From: Candidatus Melainabacteria bacterium
GTDB taxonomy: Bacteria > Cyanobacteriota > Vampirovibrionia > 2-02-FULL-35-15
Direction of reading: 5' to 3'
Length of the DNA stretch: 64,000 nt
Assembly: GCA_023250155.1 (NCBI GenBank)
Contig: JAHFBG010000003.1
Location: 102,040 to 166,039 of the forward strand
Below are positions 40,516 to 50,349 of the stretch, one piece after another. The translations under genes were made by a program, and so were the position numbers. The notes under the pieces were generated by a model, which was given only the letters and a program-made list of their open reading frames with translations, ran no database searches and was not told where the DNA came from. How positions within the stretch are numbered: the stretch's first letter is position 1; every line of letters begins with the position of its first letter.

Positions 40516-40722
40516 TCATAGTTTCGATGCACTTCTGCCTGGTATATATTTCAATGCACTTCTGCCTGGTATATCTTTCGATGCACTATCGATCTCTTTT
40601 ACATACTCTAAATCATGTAAAATTCTTAAAGCATCTTTATCATCTTTTGCAGTGATTTCCACAGTAATTTTTTTATACCCAGTTAAATTAAATCCTTCAG
40701 CATTTTGTAATTGAATTTTCAT
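40516..40722 (-). pseudogene. truncated tandem duplicate of the 5' end of the carrier-protein gene
   Basis: MKIQLQNAEGFNLTGYKKITVEITAKDDKDALRILHDLEY paralogous to residues 1-40 of 38893..40407; nucleotide similarity 40478..40722 vs 40170..40407; internal 27-bp tandem duplication at 40527..40580. Confidence 0.55.
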
Positions 40723-40770
40723 AAGTTAAACTCCTATATTTTGACTAAGAAATATTACATCAAATATACA

Positions 40771-40815
40771 AATTAATGGGTTAAGAAATTGCACATGTAG
40801 GAAATTGTCGCGCTC
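40771..40815. repeat. short repeat element copy 1 (AATTAATGGGTTAAGAAAT..TGTAGG..GTCGCG) with adjacent GC palindrome
   Basis: 19/19 identity to 41269..41287 plus shared downstream TGTAGG and GTCGCG; followed by CTTGCCGCGGCAAG palindrome. Confidence 0.6.
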
Positions 40816-40852
40816 ACGAGCAAAACGAGTGACTTGCCGCGGCAAGCCACTA

Positions 40853-41218
40853 CTAGGCTGCTTTATTTTCTGGTTTTGTCTTATTTAGCTGGTCAGCTAT
40901 ATGATCAACAACTTCTCTTACTGTAAGGATTTCAATGGGTTTCATTTTGAATTTAATTCCAAATCTTGATTCAATATCTTCAATTAAATTAGTATCATCA
41001 TCTTCAAGACACACCTCTATAGGGGCTAAAATAGCAAAATCTACATTTATGTGATCTGAGATTTTATCGTCTTCTCTTATATCAAAAGCAGGGGAGGTAG
41101 AGTATGTTGCTAATATAGATTTAAATTCTTTTAAGACCTGTGTTCTATTTGTACTTGGTTGAGCTAATTGTCTATTTAAAAAAATTGAATGGCTATCTTG
41201 AATTAAGCTAATTCCCAT
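40853..41218 (-). CDS. ACP-like small protein (degenerate carrier-protein fold)
   Basis: 121 aa, DDDTNLIEDIESRFGIKF...TVREVVDHIA resembles the ACP helix II/III region but lacks the canonical DSL serine. Confidence 0.4.
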   Translation of the reverse strand: MGISLIQDSHSIFLNRQLAQPSTNRTQVLKEFKSILATYSTSPAFDIREDDKISDHINVDFAILAPIEVCLEDDDTNLIEDIESRFGIKFKMKPIEILTVREVVDHIADQLNKTKPENKAA

Positions 41219-41268
41219 ATGTTTTCCCCTCCAAATTTAAAATTTGAATAATATTACTACAAGTTATG

Positions 41269-41325
41269 AATTAATGGGTTAAGAAATGGCCGTACTTGTA
41301 GGTGTGAGTCGCGACGCACACCTAC
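41269..41325. repeat. short repeat element copy 2 with 9-bp perfect hairpin GTAGGTGTG...CACACCTAC, overlapping purB 3' end
   Basis: same 19-mer; hairpin 41299..41326 lies within purB last codons. Confidence 0.6.
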
Positions 41326-42625
41326 GGGGTAAATCTAAAACCCTCTCAAATACCACATCTACATTCTTTAAAAGACTTGTTGGGTTAAAACACTCATTGA
41401 TTTCTTTTTCACTTAAATGTTTTAAAACATCTTTGTCGGCTAATAAATTTGACTTAAAATCACCATCTTTTTTATTCCATGCTAAGTGTGCATTTTTTTG
41501 GACTAGCTTATATGCAGCCTCTCTCTCTAAACCCTTGTCAATAAGCTTTAATAAAACTGTTTGAGAAAAAACTACACCACCAAACTTGAACATATTTTCT
41601 TTCATGTTTTCAGGATAAACATTTAATTTAAAGATTATTTCATTTATTCTATCTAGCATAAAATCAACTGTTGTAGTAGCGTCAGGCAATATCACTCTTT
41701 CAACTGAACTGTGACTAATATCTCTTTCATGCCAAAGAGATATATTTTCTAATGCCGCTTGTGCATTAGATCTCACAAGTCTTGCTAAACCACAAAGATT
41801 TTCTGATCTCCACGGATTTCTTTTATGTGGCATTGCAGAGCTACCTTTTTGATTTGCATAGAATGGTTCTTCTACTTCTAGAACCTCAGTTCTTTGAAGA
41901 TGTCTTATTTCAGTAGCTATTTTTTCAATTATGCCTGCTATTAATGCTAGCTCGCAAACATAGTTTGCATGCCTATCACGGCTTATGATTTGAGTGGTAA
42001 TCAATGCAGGTCTTAATCCTAAATTCTTACTTGCTATTTCTTCAACTCTTGGATCAATGTTTGAGTATGTTCCAACTGCACCAGAAAACATACCTACACT
42101 AGCCTCTTCAATAGCATATTCAAATCTTATTTTTGCCCTGTTTAACTCTTCCCAAAAACCAAGTAATTTCAATCCAAAGGTAGTGGGCTCAGCATGAACA
42201 CCATGTGTTCTGCCAATACAAACAGTGTTTTTGTATTCACCTGCTTTACTTTTTAAGGTAAACAAAAATTTATCAATGCCTTCAATAATCATTTCACCAG
42301 CTTGTTTTAAGAGTAATGATAATGATGTATCAATTAAATCAGAGCTTGTCATTCCAAGATGTAAAAATCTGCTATCTGGTCCAATGGATTCATTTACACA
42401 TGTTAAAAATGCAATTACATCATGGTGTACTTCTTTATCGATTTCATTTATGCGCTTTATGTCAAAGCTTGCTTTTTCTTTTATCTTTTTTAGTGATTCT
42501 TTTGGTACTTGATTTAATTCACACAATGCTTCAGTTGCTGCAATTTCTATTTTTAACCAAACATCATATTTATTCTCTTCTGACCATATTTTTGCTAATT
42601 GCGGCCTTGTATATCTTTCTATCAA
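41279..42625 (-). CDS. purB: adenylosuccinate lyase
   Basis: RYTRPQLAKIWSEENKYDVWLKIE N-term, fumarate-lyase signature region; C-terminal about 17 aa encoded by a repeat/hairpin element. Confidence 0.9.
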   Translation of the reverse strand: MIERYTRPQLAKIWSEENKYDVWLKIEIAATEALCELNQVPKESLKKIKEKASFDIKRINEIDKEVHHDVIAFLTCVNESIGPDSRFLHLGMTSSDLIDTSLSLLLKQAGEMIIEGIDKFLFTLKSKAGEYKNTVCIGRTHGVHAEPTTFGLKLLGFWEELNRAKIRFEYAIEEASVGMFSGAVGTYSNIDPRVEEIASKNLGLRPALITTQIISRDRHANYVCELALIAGIIEKIATEIRHLQRTEVLEVEEPFYANQKGSSAMPHKRNPWRSENLCGLARLVRSNAQAALENISLWHERDISHSSVERVILPDATTTVDFMLDRINEIIFKLNVYPENMKENMFKFGGVVFSQTVLLKLIDKGLEREAAYKLVQKNAHLAWNKKDGDFKSNLLADKDVLKHLSEKEINECFNPTSLLKNVDVVFERVLDLPRRCASRLTPTSTAIS

Positions 42626-42716
42626 TTATCTATCCTACTTTCCTTGTTCTTATTCAGGTGGCTTTAATATAGTTGATGACAGAGGACAAGATATATTCTA
42701 CAATAGTCTAATTATC

Positions 42717-44264
42717 ATGCCTACTACTACACAAGAAAACCTAATAAAAGTAGTTAATCCATCAAGTGGTGAAGTGATTTCTACCGTTTCATACACACAG
42801 GATGTACAGATTGAAAAAATTGTAGACAATGCAAAAGAAGCATTTTTACTATGGAAAAACTTAAGTGTAGAAAAAAGAATTGAATATTTAAAAAAGATCT
42901 ATGAAGTAATTATTAATGATAAAAACAATATTGCTAAGACTATAACTCAAAACAATGGAAAACCTCTGACAGAGTGCTATCTAACAGAAATCGCATCTAC
43001 GCTCCAAGTGATGGAATACTTTATTAAACATGGTAGCGAGCTCTTAGGTGAAAAGAATATACCACTGGGTCCTATCTACCCTATGAAGAAAAGCTCTTTA
43101 GCCTATGAACCATATGGTGTAGTGGCTATTATTGAGCCGTGGAATTATCCTTTCTACATACCATTTTCAGCTATTACTAAAGCACTTATCACAGGCAATA
43201 CATTTGTGTTTAAACCCTCTAGCACTGTTTCTTTAGTAGGAAAACTAATTGAAGAGATTTTATTAAAAGCAAATCTACCTCCCCATGTAACAAATATTAT
43301 CTATGGAAATGGGACTACAGCAGAAATACTTATTAACAGTGATATAGATATGGTAGTTTTTACAGGCTCAGTCAATGTAGGTAAAAAAATTGCTGCTCAA
43401 TGTATACAGAAACTATTACCTATGTGTCTTGAACTTGGTGGCAAAGATCCTGCAATTGTATTGAAAAACTGCAATATTGACTATGCTGCAGGTGGTGTTT
43501 TATGGGGCGCCTTAACAAACTGTGGACAGGCTTGTGCCTCAATTGAAAGAGTTTATGTTGATTCAAGTATTCATGATGAGTTTGTAGAAAAGATATCGAA
43601 ACTAGCAAGTGAATTAAAAATAGGAGATGGACTTAGTGATGATACAGATATAGGCCCTCTTGTTAATGAAGAGCAATTAAATAAAGTTAAAGAACATATT
43701 GCAGATGCTTTAAGTCAAGGTGCTAAATTACACATAGGTGGAAAGCAAGTCAATAGAAGTGGGTATTTCTTTGAACCTACTGTATTGAGCAATGTTACCC
43801 ATAATATGAAAGTAATGAAGGAAGAAACTTTTGGTCCTATTATTCCTATTATGAAATTTGATACCGTAGATGAAGCTATATTCTTAGCTAATGATACAAG
43901 GTATGGGTTATCTGCAAGTGTATGGAGTAGTGAAATCGAAGGAGCAAGAAAAATTGTTAATAGTTTAAATTGTGGGACTGTATGGGTAAATGACTCTTTA
44001 TTTCTACAAGCTCATCCAGCATGTCCATGGATAGGTTATAAAGATAGTGGTTATGGGAACTCTTCTATTTATCAGTTTGTTAAAACAAAACATATAAGCA
44101 TAGATCAAGGGTATATTCCAAGCATACGCCCAAAAAGCTTTTGGTGGTACCCATATAAGGGGAAATCAAAATCTTATTCTGATTTAATAGAGATTGTTTT
44201 TAAAACCGGATTAAAAAATAAAGCAAAAGCTACTTTTCAAGCACTTGTTGATTTATTAAAATAA
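42717..44264 (+). CDS. NAD(P)-dependent aldehyde dehydrogenase
   Basis: LELGGKDP and EETFGPI motifs, catalytic Cys region GQACASIERV; 515 aa. Confidence 0.9.
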   Translation: MPTTTQENLIKVVNPSSGEVISTVSYTQDVQIEKIVDNAKEAFLLWKNLSVEKRIEYLKKIYEVIINDKNNIAKTITQNNGKPLTECYLTEIASTLQVMEYFIKHGSELLGEKNIPLGPIYPMKKSSLAYEPYGVVAIIEPWNYPFYIPFSAITKALITGNTFVFKPSSTVSLVGKLIEEILLKANLPPHVTNIIYGNGTTAEILINSDIDMVVFTGSVNVGKKIAAQCIQKLLPMCLELGGKDPAIVLKNCNIDYAAGGVLWGALTNCGQACASIERVYVDSSIHDEFVEKISKLASELKIGDGLSDDTDIGPLVNEEQLNKVKEHIADALSQGAKLHIGGKQVNRSGYFFEPTVLSNVTHNMKVMKEETFGPIIPIMKFDTVDEAIFLANDTRYGLSASVWSSEIEGARKIVNSLNCGTVWVNDSLFLQAHPACPWIGYKDSGYGNSSIYQFVKTKHISIDQGYIPSIRPKSFWWYPYKGKSKSYSDLIEIVFKTGLKNKAKATFQALVDLLK

Positions 44265-44276
44265 AAAATCTGAAGA

Positions 44277-44747
44277 CTAGTCCACAGAATGATTTTCTTT
44301 TTGAATAGCTTGTAAGTTTTTGATTTCTCTCTCTTTATCATCCCTCATCATATTTAAGAGAAGTTGTTTTTTTATATCTTCTAACACTTTTTTGTGTGCC
44401 TTATCAGTAAACTTTTTATATACAACATCTACACCCTTATCTTTACTTTTATATATTTCATTACTTATATCTGTAAATTTTTGATTGAAAAGCTTTTCTA
44501 TTCTCTTTTTAAAATCTCCCTCTGAAATACCTTCATTAAAAGTAGTATTAGGATTGTCTTTAGGTAAGCCTTGCATTGCTATTTTGTAACCAGCCTCATT
44601 ACTACCAGCATTTTTCCACCTTTTAAAGAAGTCTTGAATCATGGATACATTGGCCAGATCTTCAGTTACTTTTCCATAGGTAGCATTAAGATATGTCTTA
44701 TCATCTCCAAGAGCTTTTATTTGTGCTGTTAAATATTCTTTCTTCAT
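44277..44747 (-). CDS. hypothetical protein
   Basis: 156-aa Lys-rich ORF. Confidence 0.45.
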   Translation of the reverse strand: MKKEYLTAQIKALGDDKTYLNATYGKVTEDLANVSMIQDFFKRWKNAGSNEAGYKIAMQGLPKDNPNTTFNEGISEGDFKKRIEKLFNQKFTDISNEIYKSKDKGVDVVYKKFTDKAHKKVLEDIKKQLLLNMMRDDKEREIKNLQAIQKENHSVD

Positions 44748-45480
44748 AGAGGTAACAACCTTTTTATGACAATACCTTACTAGAGGAGGGTTATGGAAAA
44801 GTTAAATCTTTAGTCAAATAGGAAAGTCTTAATAAATCATCAGGGGAAAACCTAATAGTTCATACCTGAATTTCTTCTTTCAGTACTATATCTGTTCATT
44901 TTTTGCCCTGGATCCAATCCTTGAAGGATGTATAGCATTACAATGGTTATAAGAAGATTATGATTTTATACCAAATAAGGGAAGGACTGATTAGAGGAGT
45001 TCTAGAGATAAAAACTTAAAGATGGCAAAAACTCAAAACGACAAAAACCTCTGAGTATCCTTATCTTCAGATCTAGACCCTATCTATCTTCTAGTCTTCT
45101 TGGACTCTCCAGACCTTGAGGTGGCACTTTTAGCTTTTAAATCGTCTGGGTATATTAAAACAAAGAATTCAATTATGTTACCAAGAATCATTTTTATCAT
45201 ATTTACCATAGCATTTATTGTGTATACTTGGACGCATGCCGGCCAAGCAAATTCAAGTGCTTCAATTAAAACAATAGCTAATAGCGTTAAAGCACAAGAT
45301 CTATAGAATGTAATACATTTATAAGAAAATAGAGTATTGAGTATAGAAGGGAGAAAACAGGCATTGCCTCTCTATCTTCTATTCTATTCTCTACTCTTCT
45401 ATGTACACCCTATTCCCTAATACTTACTCTCGATATATAATCACATAACAGGTGTAAAGAACTTATAAAAGGAGATTATT

Positions 45481-45780
45481 ATGGCAAAGAAAACAGAAAA
45501 GAAAACAGTGAAGAAAGCTACTACAAGAAAACCAAATGCAGCATTTATGAAACCATTACAACCAGATGATGCATTAGCACAAGTAGTAGGCTCAAAACCA
45601 CTTCCTAGAACAGAGATCACTAAAAAACTCTGGGCATATATAAAGAAAAATAAATTGCAAAATGAAAAGAATAGAAGAAACATAGATGCTGATGATGTTT
45701 TAAGACCTATCTTCAATGGTAAAAAACAAGTCAGTATGTTTGAAATGACAAAACTAGTTGCGCAACACGTTTCAAAATAA
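45481..45780 (+). CDS. SWIB/MDM2-domain protein
   Basis: 99 aa; AFMKPLQPDDALAQVVGSKPLPRTEITKKLWAYIKKNKLQN...NIDADDVLRPIFNGKKQVSMFEMTKLVAQHV matches the bacterial (chlamydial-type) SWIB domain; RBS GGAGA upstream. Confidence 0.85.
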   Translation: MAKKTEKKTVKKATTRKPNAAFMKPLQPDDALAQVVGSKPLPRTEITKKLWAYIKKNKLQNEKNRRNIDADDVLRPIFNGKKQVSMFEMTKLVAQHVSK

Positions 45781-45841
45781 TATGTACCTAAGATAAAACA
45801 TAAAGAGAGAACAATCACTGTTCTCTCTTTTTTTATTTAAA

Positions 45842-47206
45842 ATGGAAAATAATAACAAAAATAAAATTGTATTATTGATTGGTTGTTTCTTTATATTCTA
45901 TTTATGGGTTGCAACAAAGAGTTCTCTCACTTTTCATTTTGAACAAGATCATAGAAATTATTACCACCTTTTAACAGATGCATTTATAAATAGAAAACTT
46001 GATCTGTTAATCAAACCTCCACAAGGATTAATAGAATTAAAAAATCCTTATGACCCTGAAACTAATGGGTTTTATAGATGGCATGGCTTTCACGACTTAT
46101 CATATTACAAAGAAAAACTCTATTTATACTTTGGACCAACACCAGTATTGCTCCTATATGTTCCTTATAAATTATTGTTTAATAAAGGGTTACCAGATGC
46201 TTTTGCTATATTTGTTTTTACCTTTGCTACACTTATTTTTTCTGTGCTGTTTTTACTAAACATTAAAAATACTTATTTGAAGAACCTTCCAGATTGGGCT
46301 TTGTTATTAGGTATATTAATTATAGGGATATCAAATTTAAGCATCTACTTTTTACATCATCCATCAGTTTATATAATAGCTATTTCATCAGGAATGTGTT
46401 TCTTAACAGGTGCTTTGTATTTTTTTTCTAAGTCACTTAATAACTTTAATTTAAAATGGATTTCATCAGGAAGCATATTATTAGGCTTAGCAATTGGTGG
46501 AAGATTTTATCTTGTTTTTATAGGTAGCATTTTACTGATCTTTATGTGGATTAATCAAAGCAAAGGAAGTATGCAGTTACAAAATATTTCCGAATCATCA
46601 TTTAGAAAGGCTTTAATAGTTCCGTTTAGTCTTTGTGCAATAGCTCATTTTTTGTATAACTATTTAAGGTTTGATAATATCTTTGAAAATGGTTGTACTT
46701 ATCAAGTCACTATTTGGCAAGTAAAATTTTCTTACCTTAATACTATTAATAGTATTTGTCCAAATTTATATAATTATTTATTGAAACCACCTGTGTTTAT
46801 AAAAAGCTTTCCATTCTTAAAAATAGATTATTGGCAGCCTGACTTTCGTGTATTAGGAGCTCCTGAACCAATAATAGGAACATTATTTCTTTCACCATTT
46901 GTACTTGTCTTTTTCATAGGTATTATCCACTATTTAAAAAATAAAAAGATCTATAATAATGATCTTAATTTTCCATTGAAAACAATTTTTATTTTAACTA
47001 TCCCGATCTTAATTAATTTCTTATTTTTACTTTCTTTTAGATATGTAACATTAAGATATATAGCAGATTATTTAAATCTGTTGGTTTTGTCTTCCTGTAT
47101 TTTATGGTTTTATTTCTTTGACAAGTCAAAATTCATAAAGCTATTTGGATTTGTAACTGGGATCATTAGCATTTATGTTGGCATATTTACGACTTTGTTC
47201 AGATAA
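45842..47206 (+). CDS. polytopic membrane protein, possible GT-C-type glycosyltransferase
   Basis: 454 aa, more than 10 predicted TM helices, large first loop; function assignment weak. Confidence 0.5.
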   Translation: MENNNKNKIVLLIGCFFIFYLWVATKSSLTFHFEQDHRNYYHLLTDAFINRKLDLLIKPPQGLIELKNPYDPETNGFYRWHGFHDLSYYKEKLYLYFGPTPVLLLYVPYKLLFNKGLPDAFAIFVFTFATLIFSVLFLLNIKNTYLKNLPDWALLLGILIIGISNLSIYFLHHPSVYIIAISSGMCFLTGALYFFSKSLNNFNLKWISSGSILLGLAIGGRFYLVFIGSILLIFMWINQSKGSMQLQNISESSFRKALIVPFSLCAIAHFLYNYLRFDNIFENGCTYQVTIWQVKFSYLNTINSICPNLYNYLLKPPVFIKSFPFLKIDYWQPDFRVLGAPEPIIGTLFLSPFVLVFFIGIIHYLKNKKIYNNDLNFPLKTIFILTIPILINFLFLLSFRYVTLRYIADYLNLLVLSSCILWFYFFDKSKFIKLFGFVTGIISIYVGIFTTLFR

Positions 47207-47881
47207 TTTGAGTCCTATGATGCTTACACCATACAAAACAATTAATATTCCACTTACAATGCTCATATTAAAAGGATCTGGTGTAGGTGTAAGAAGTGCG
47301 CCAGAAACTACACTGGTTAGAATTGCATATCTCCAATTTTTTATTAGTATTTGAGAGTTCACTATTCCTATATTTGCCAGCGCAAAAATAAGAACTGGTA
47401 AAAGAAAGGCACATCCACAAATAGCCATAATCATTAGAGTAAATGAGATGAAGCTCTCTATACTAATGCTAGTTAAAATCACATCTTTTCCAAACCCAAA
47501 CAAAAAACTAAGCATTGAAGGTGCTACAAAAAAATATGAAAATAATATACCTAAACAAAATAACAAAGGCGAACTAATAAGTATTGGTGTTATCATTTTT
47601 CTTTCTTTATGATTCAATCCCGGTAAAATAAAACTTGATAATTGCCAGATAATAAGCGGTGATGAAATCAAGAGTCCTATATAAAGGGCTATCCTAAAGC
47701 TTGTAAAGAAAAACTCTCCTGGTTTAATCTGAAGAAAAGTAGTACCCTGCGGAGCAATGCTTGTTAATAACCTAATGACTTCTTTGCTATAAGTAAAACC
47801 AATTGTTGTTGTAATAGTAAGAACAATCAGTGAAACTATAATTTTAATTCTTAGTTCATCCAGATGCTTGGACAATGGCAT
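47141..47881 (-). CDS. tatC: twin-arginine translocase subunit TatC
   Basis: MPLSKHLDELRIKII N-term, six TM helices; start trimmed from 47953. Confidence 0.8.
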   Translation of the reverse strand: MPLSKHLDELRIKIIVSLIVLTITTTIGFTYSKEVIRLLTSIAPQGTTFLQIKPGEFFFTSFRIALYIGLLISSPLIIWQLSSFILPGLNHKERKMITPILISSPLLFCLGILFSYFFVAPSMLSFLFGFGKDVILTSISIESFISFTLMIMAICGCAFLLPVLIFALANIGIVNSQILIKNWRYAILTSVVSGALLTPTPDPFNMSIVSGILIVLYGVSIIGLKLSEQSRKYANINANDPSYKSK

Positions 47882-47959
47882 TAAAGGACTATCATCAGAA
47901 TCATCGCTATCCTTGTTTTTATATAGATCTAATTGTTTTGTAGAAATTGGCATTACATC

Positions 47960-49075
47960 TTACTTTACAATAACAAGATCATCCCTGTGTATAATTGTTT
48001 CTCCATAAGTATAACCCAAGGTTTTTTCTATGATAGAACTTTTTAAGCCCATTATTTTTTCTATATCTAGATTGCTATAGTTTGTAATGCCTTTAGCAAA
48101 AGGCTTGTTTGAGTTGAGAAGACAAATTTCTATCGCAGATCCTCTATCAAAACTACCACTTATTTTTTTAACACCCGCTGGTAATAAACTTTTCCCATTA
48201 TTTACCAAGGCTTTTTGAGCCCCGCTATCTACATAGACTTTTCCATTACTTACCAAAGTATGAGCAATCCAACTTTTTCGTTTATCAATTTTATTTGTAC
48301 TTGGCAAAAACGTTGTCCCAATTTCTTTATCATTTAATATTTCAAGAATTAATTCAGGTTCTTTTCCATATATTATGTGAGTTTTAATTCCTACATTTGT
48401 AGCAAGCTTTGCTGCATGAATCTTGGAAATCATTCCACCTGAGCTAAACTCACTTCCTGTGCCGGCTGCCATTTTTTCAATTTGTGGAGTAATTTTTTCT
48501 ACAACAGGTATGAGTTTTGCATTTTTATTAGTTTTTGGATTTGAATCATATAAGCCTTTTTCATCAGTAAGTATTATCAGTCTATCTACTGAAATCAAAT
48601 CAGCGACCATTGCGCTTAGCATGTCATTATCACCAAATCTTATTTCCTCACTTGCTACAGTATCGTTTTCATTTATTATAGGCAGAACATCTAGGTCAAG
48701 CAATTCTAAAATAGTTTCTCTTGCATTTATATATGTTTCTCTCTGGACAAAACCTTCTCTGGTTAATAATATTTGAGCAATAGGAATCTCATGTTTTGAA
48801 AAGTATTTTTCATAAACCTGCATAAGTAATGCCTGTCCAATAGAGGCACATGCTTGTTTTTTTGAAATAGTTTTTGGTTTTTCTTTTAGGTTTAGTTTCT
48901 TTACTCCAAGTGCAACTGCACCAGAAGTTACAAGAAGTACTTTATGTCCTGATTTTTTTAATTTGGCTATTACCTCTGTAAGTTCTTCAACAACATTAGT
49001 GTTAATACCTTTAGTAATATCGCTTAAAGTATTTGTACCTATTTTTATTATTATTGTTTTGTAGGAGACTTTCAT
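47960..49075 (-). CDS. proB: glutamate 5-kinase with C-terminal PUA domain
   Basis: IIIKIGTNTLSD...VLLVTSGAVALG amino-acid-kinase motifs; 371 aa. Confidence 0.9.
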   Translation of the reverse strand: MKVSYKTIIIKIGTNTLSDITKGINTNVVEELTEVIAKLKKSGHKVLLVTSGAVALGVKKLNLKEKPKTISKKQACASIGQALLMQVYEKYFSKHEIPIAQILLTREGFVQRETYINARETILELLDLDVLPIINENDTVASEEIRFGDNDMLSAMVADLISVDRLIILTDEKGLYDSNPKTNKNAKLIPVVEKITPQIEKMAAGTGSEFSSGGMISKIHAAKLATNVGIKTHIIYGKEPELILEILNDKEIGTTFLPSTNKIDKRKSWIAHTLVSNGKVYVDSGAQKALVNNGKSLLPAGVKKISGSFDRGSAIEICLLNSNKPFAKGITNYSNLDIEKIMGLKSSIIEKTLGYTYGETIIHRDDLVIVK

Positions 49076-49102
49076 CAGGAATTCATTATATAATGATGCC
49101 TA

Positions 49103-49462
49103 ATGATAAATATAAAAAGTATTGTTTCTGGGATATTCCCTGGATTTATTACCAATACAAAATCAAATTTAGATTCAAAAGATAAGCTTCAATCTGATGA
49201 GGCTAAAAATAAGCCTATTGAAGTAATAGTAATTCCTACAAAATCTACAAAAGCAGCAGTACTTCGTGACTGGGTCGCTGCTGGTTTGCTTATAGGATTT
49301 GCAGGATTAACTATTAATGATAGGTTTATCAAACCAAAAGATTTAAGTGATTTAGATCGCATGATAAACATCATTAAAAAATTTGATTCTAATCAAGATG
49401 GACATTTATCTAAAGATGAGTTAGATACAATGACTAAATTTATAAATCAAGTAAAAAAATAG
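49103..49462 (+). CDS. membrane protein with C-terminal EF-hand
   Basis: TM helix WVAAGLLIGFAGL; canonical EF loop DSNQDGHLSKDE. Confidence 0.55.
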   Translation: MINIKSIVSGIFPGFITNTKSNLDSKDKLQSDEAKNKPIEVIVIPTKSTKAAVLRDWVAAGLLIGFAGLTINDRFIKPKDLSDLDRMINIIKKFDSNQDGHLSKDELDTMTKFINQVKK

Positions 49463-49470
49463 GATTTCCC

Positions 49471-49869
49471 ATGAGCATACCGATTAATGGACCGCAAGAT
49501 TTTAAACCACCTCAACCTATTCAAAAAACAAATCCGGTTGAACATAAACTAGAAGTGAAAAGTGAGAAGACTGGTGAAGTACTTAATATAACAATCAGCT
49601 TACCTCAAAATACTACTGACTCCCCGCGCTATAAAAAACTAAAAGAAATCAGAGACTGGACTTTAGCGACATGGACATTGATGACTGGAATTATTTTTTC
49701 TATTTGGGGTCTACAAGGTCTTTATGATAGAAATTTTGGGCACAATAGACCCGATATTCAAAATGCAGTACAAGAAAAAAATAAAAAAGAATTAGATGAT
49801 GGTTTAAAATCAATAAATGATGAATTGAAAAGTATTAGAAAGTTGCTTGAGGAGAAGAAAAATAAATAG
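49471..49869 (+). CDS. hypothetical membrane protein
   Basis: 132 aa, one TM helix. Confidence 0.45.
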   Translation: MSIPINGPQDFKPPQPIQKTNPVEHKLEVKSEKTGEVLNITISLPQNTTDSPRYKKLKEIRDWTLATWTLMTGIIFSIWGLQGLYDRNFGHNRPDIQNAVQEKNKKELDDGLKSINDELKSIRKLLEEKKNK

Positions 49870-49883
49870 TAAAAGGAGAGACT

Positions 49884-50291
49884 ATGGATATAGATAGAGT
49901 AGACAACATTGTTAGAAAAACCACTGCAGGAGCATGCTTAGGGATACTTGCTTACTTTACAGGTGGCATAATATATGGGCATGTTGATAAGCCTTTATCA
50001 GAAGTTAATCCGCTCGTAGCTAAATTTGATGAAGATGGAGATAATAGACTCAGTGTTCAGGAAGCAACAAAGCTTTTAATTAGCCTTGATAAGAATAAGG
50101 ATGGAATTCTCTCTGAAGAGGAGTTAAAAGAAGCAGATAAGTTGCTTGAAAATAGTGAACATACCATTCTTCCATATTATATTAAATATAATATTTTAAA
50201 CTCACAGGGCAATCTTTGGTTAGCTCGTCAAGGTTTACTTAGTACTCAAAATAGTGAAGTGAAAGAATGGTTAGAGAAAAGGAAGAAATAA
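49884..50291 (+). CDS. membrane protein with paired EF-hands
   Basis: TM helix then EF loops DEDGDNRLSVQE and DKNKDGILSEEE. Confidence 0.6.
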   Translation: MDIDRVDNIVRKTTAGACLGILAYFTGGIIYGHVDKPLSEVNPLVAKFDEDGDNRLSVQEATKLLISLDKNKDGILSEEELKEADKLLENSEHTILPYYIKYNILNSQGNLWLARQGLLSTQNSEVKEWLEKRKK

Positions 50292-50349
50292 AAATGAGTA
50301 GTAAATTTACATTCTTTGTTACGATGACAATATTGGGTGTTAAAAAACT

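Noticed and set aside
45441-45818. 125-aa minus-strand ORF overlapping the SWIB gene
   Set aside because: It fully overlaps a well-supported SWIB-domain CDS on the plus strand. Its product is a hydrophobic low-complexity translation typical of antisense reading.
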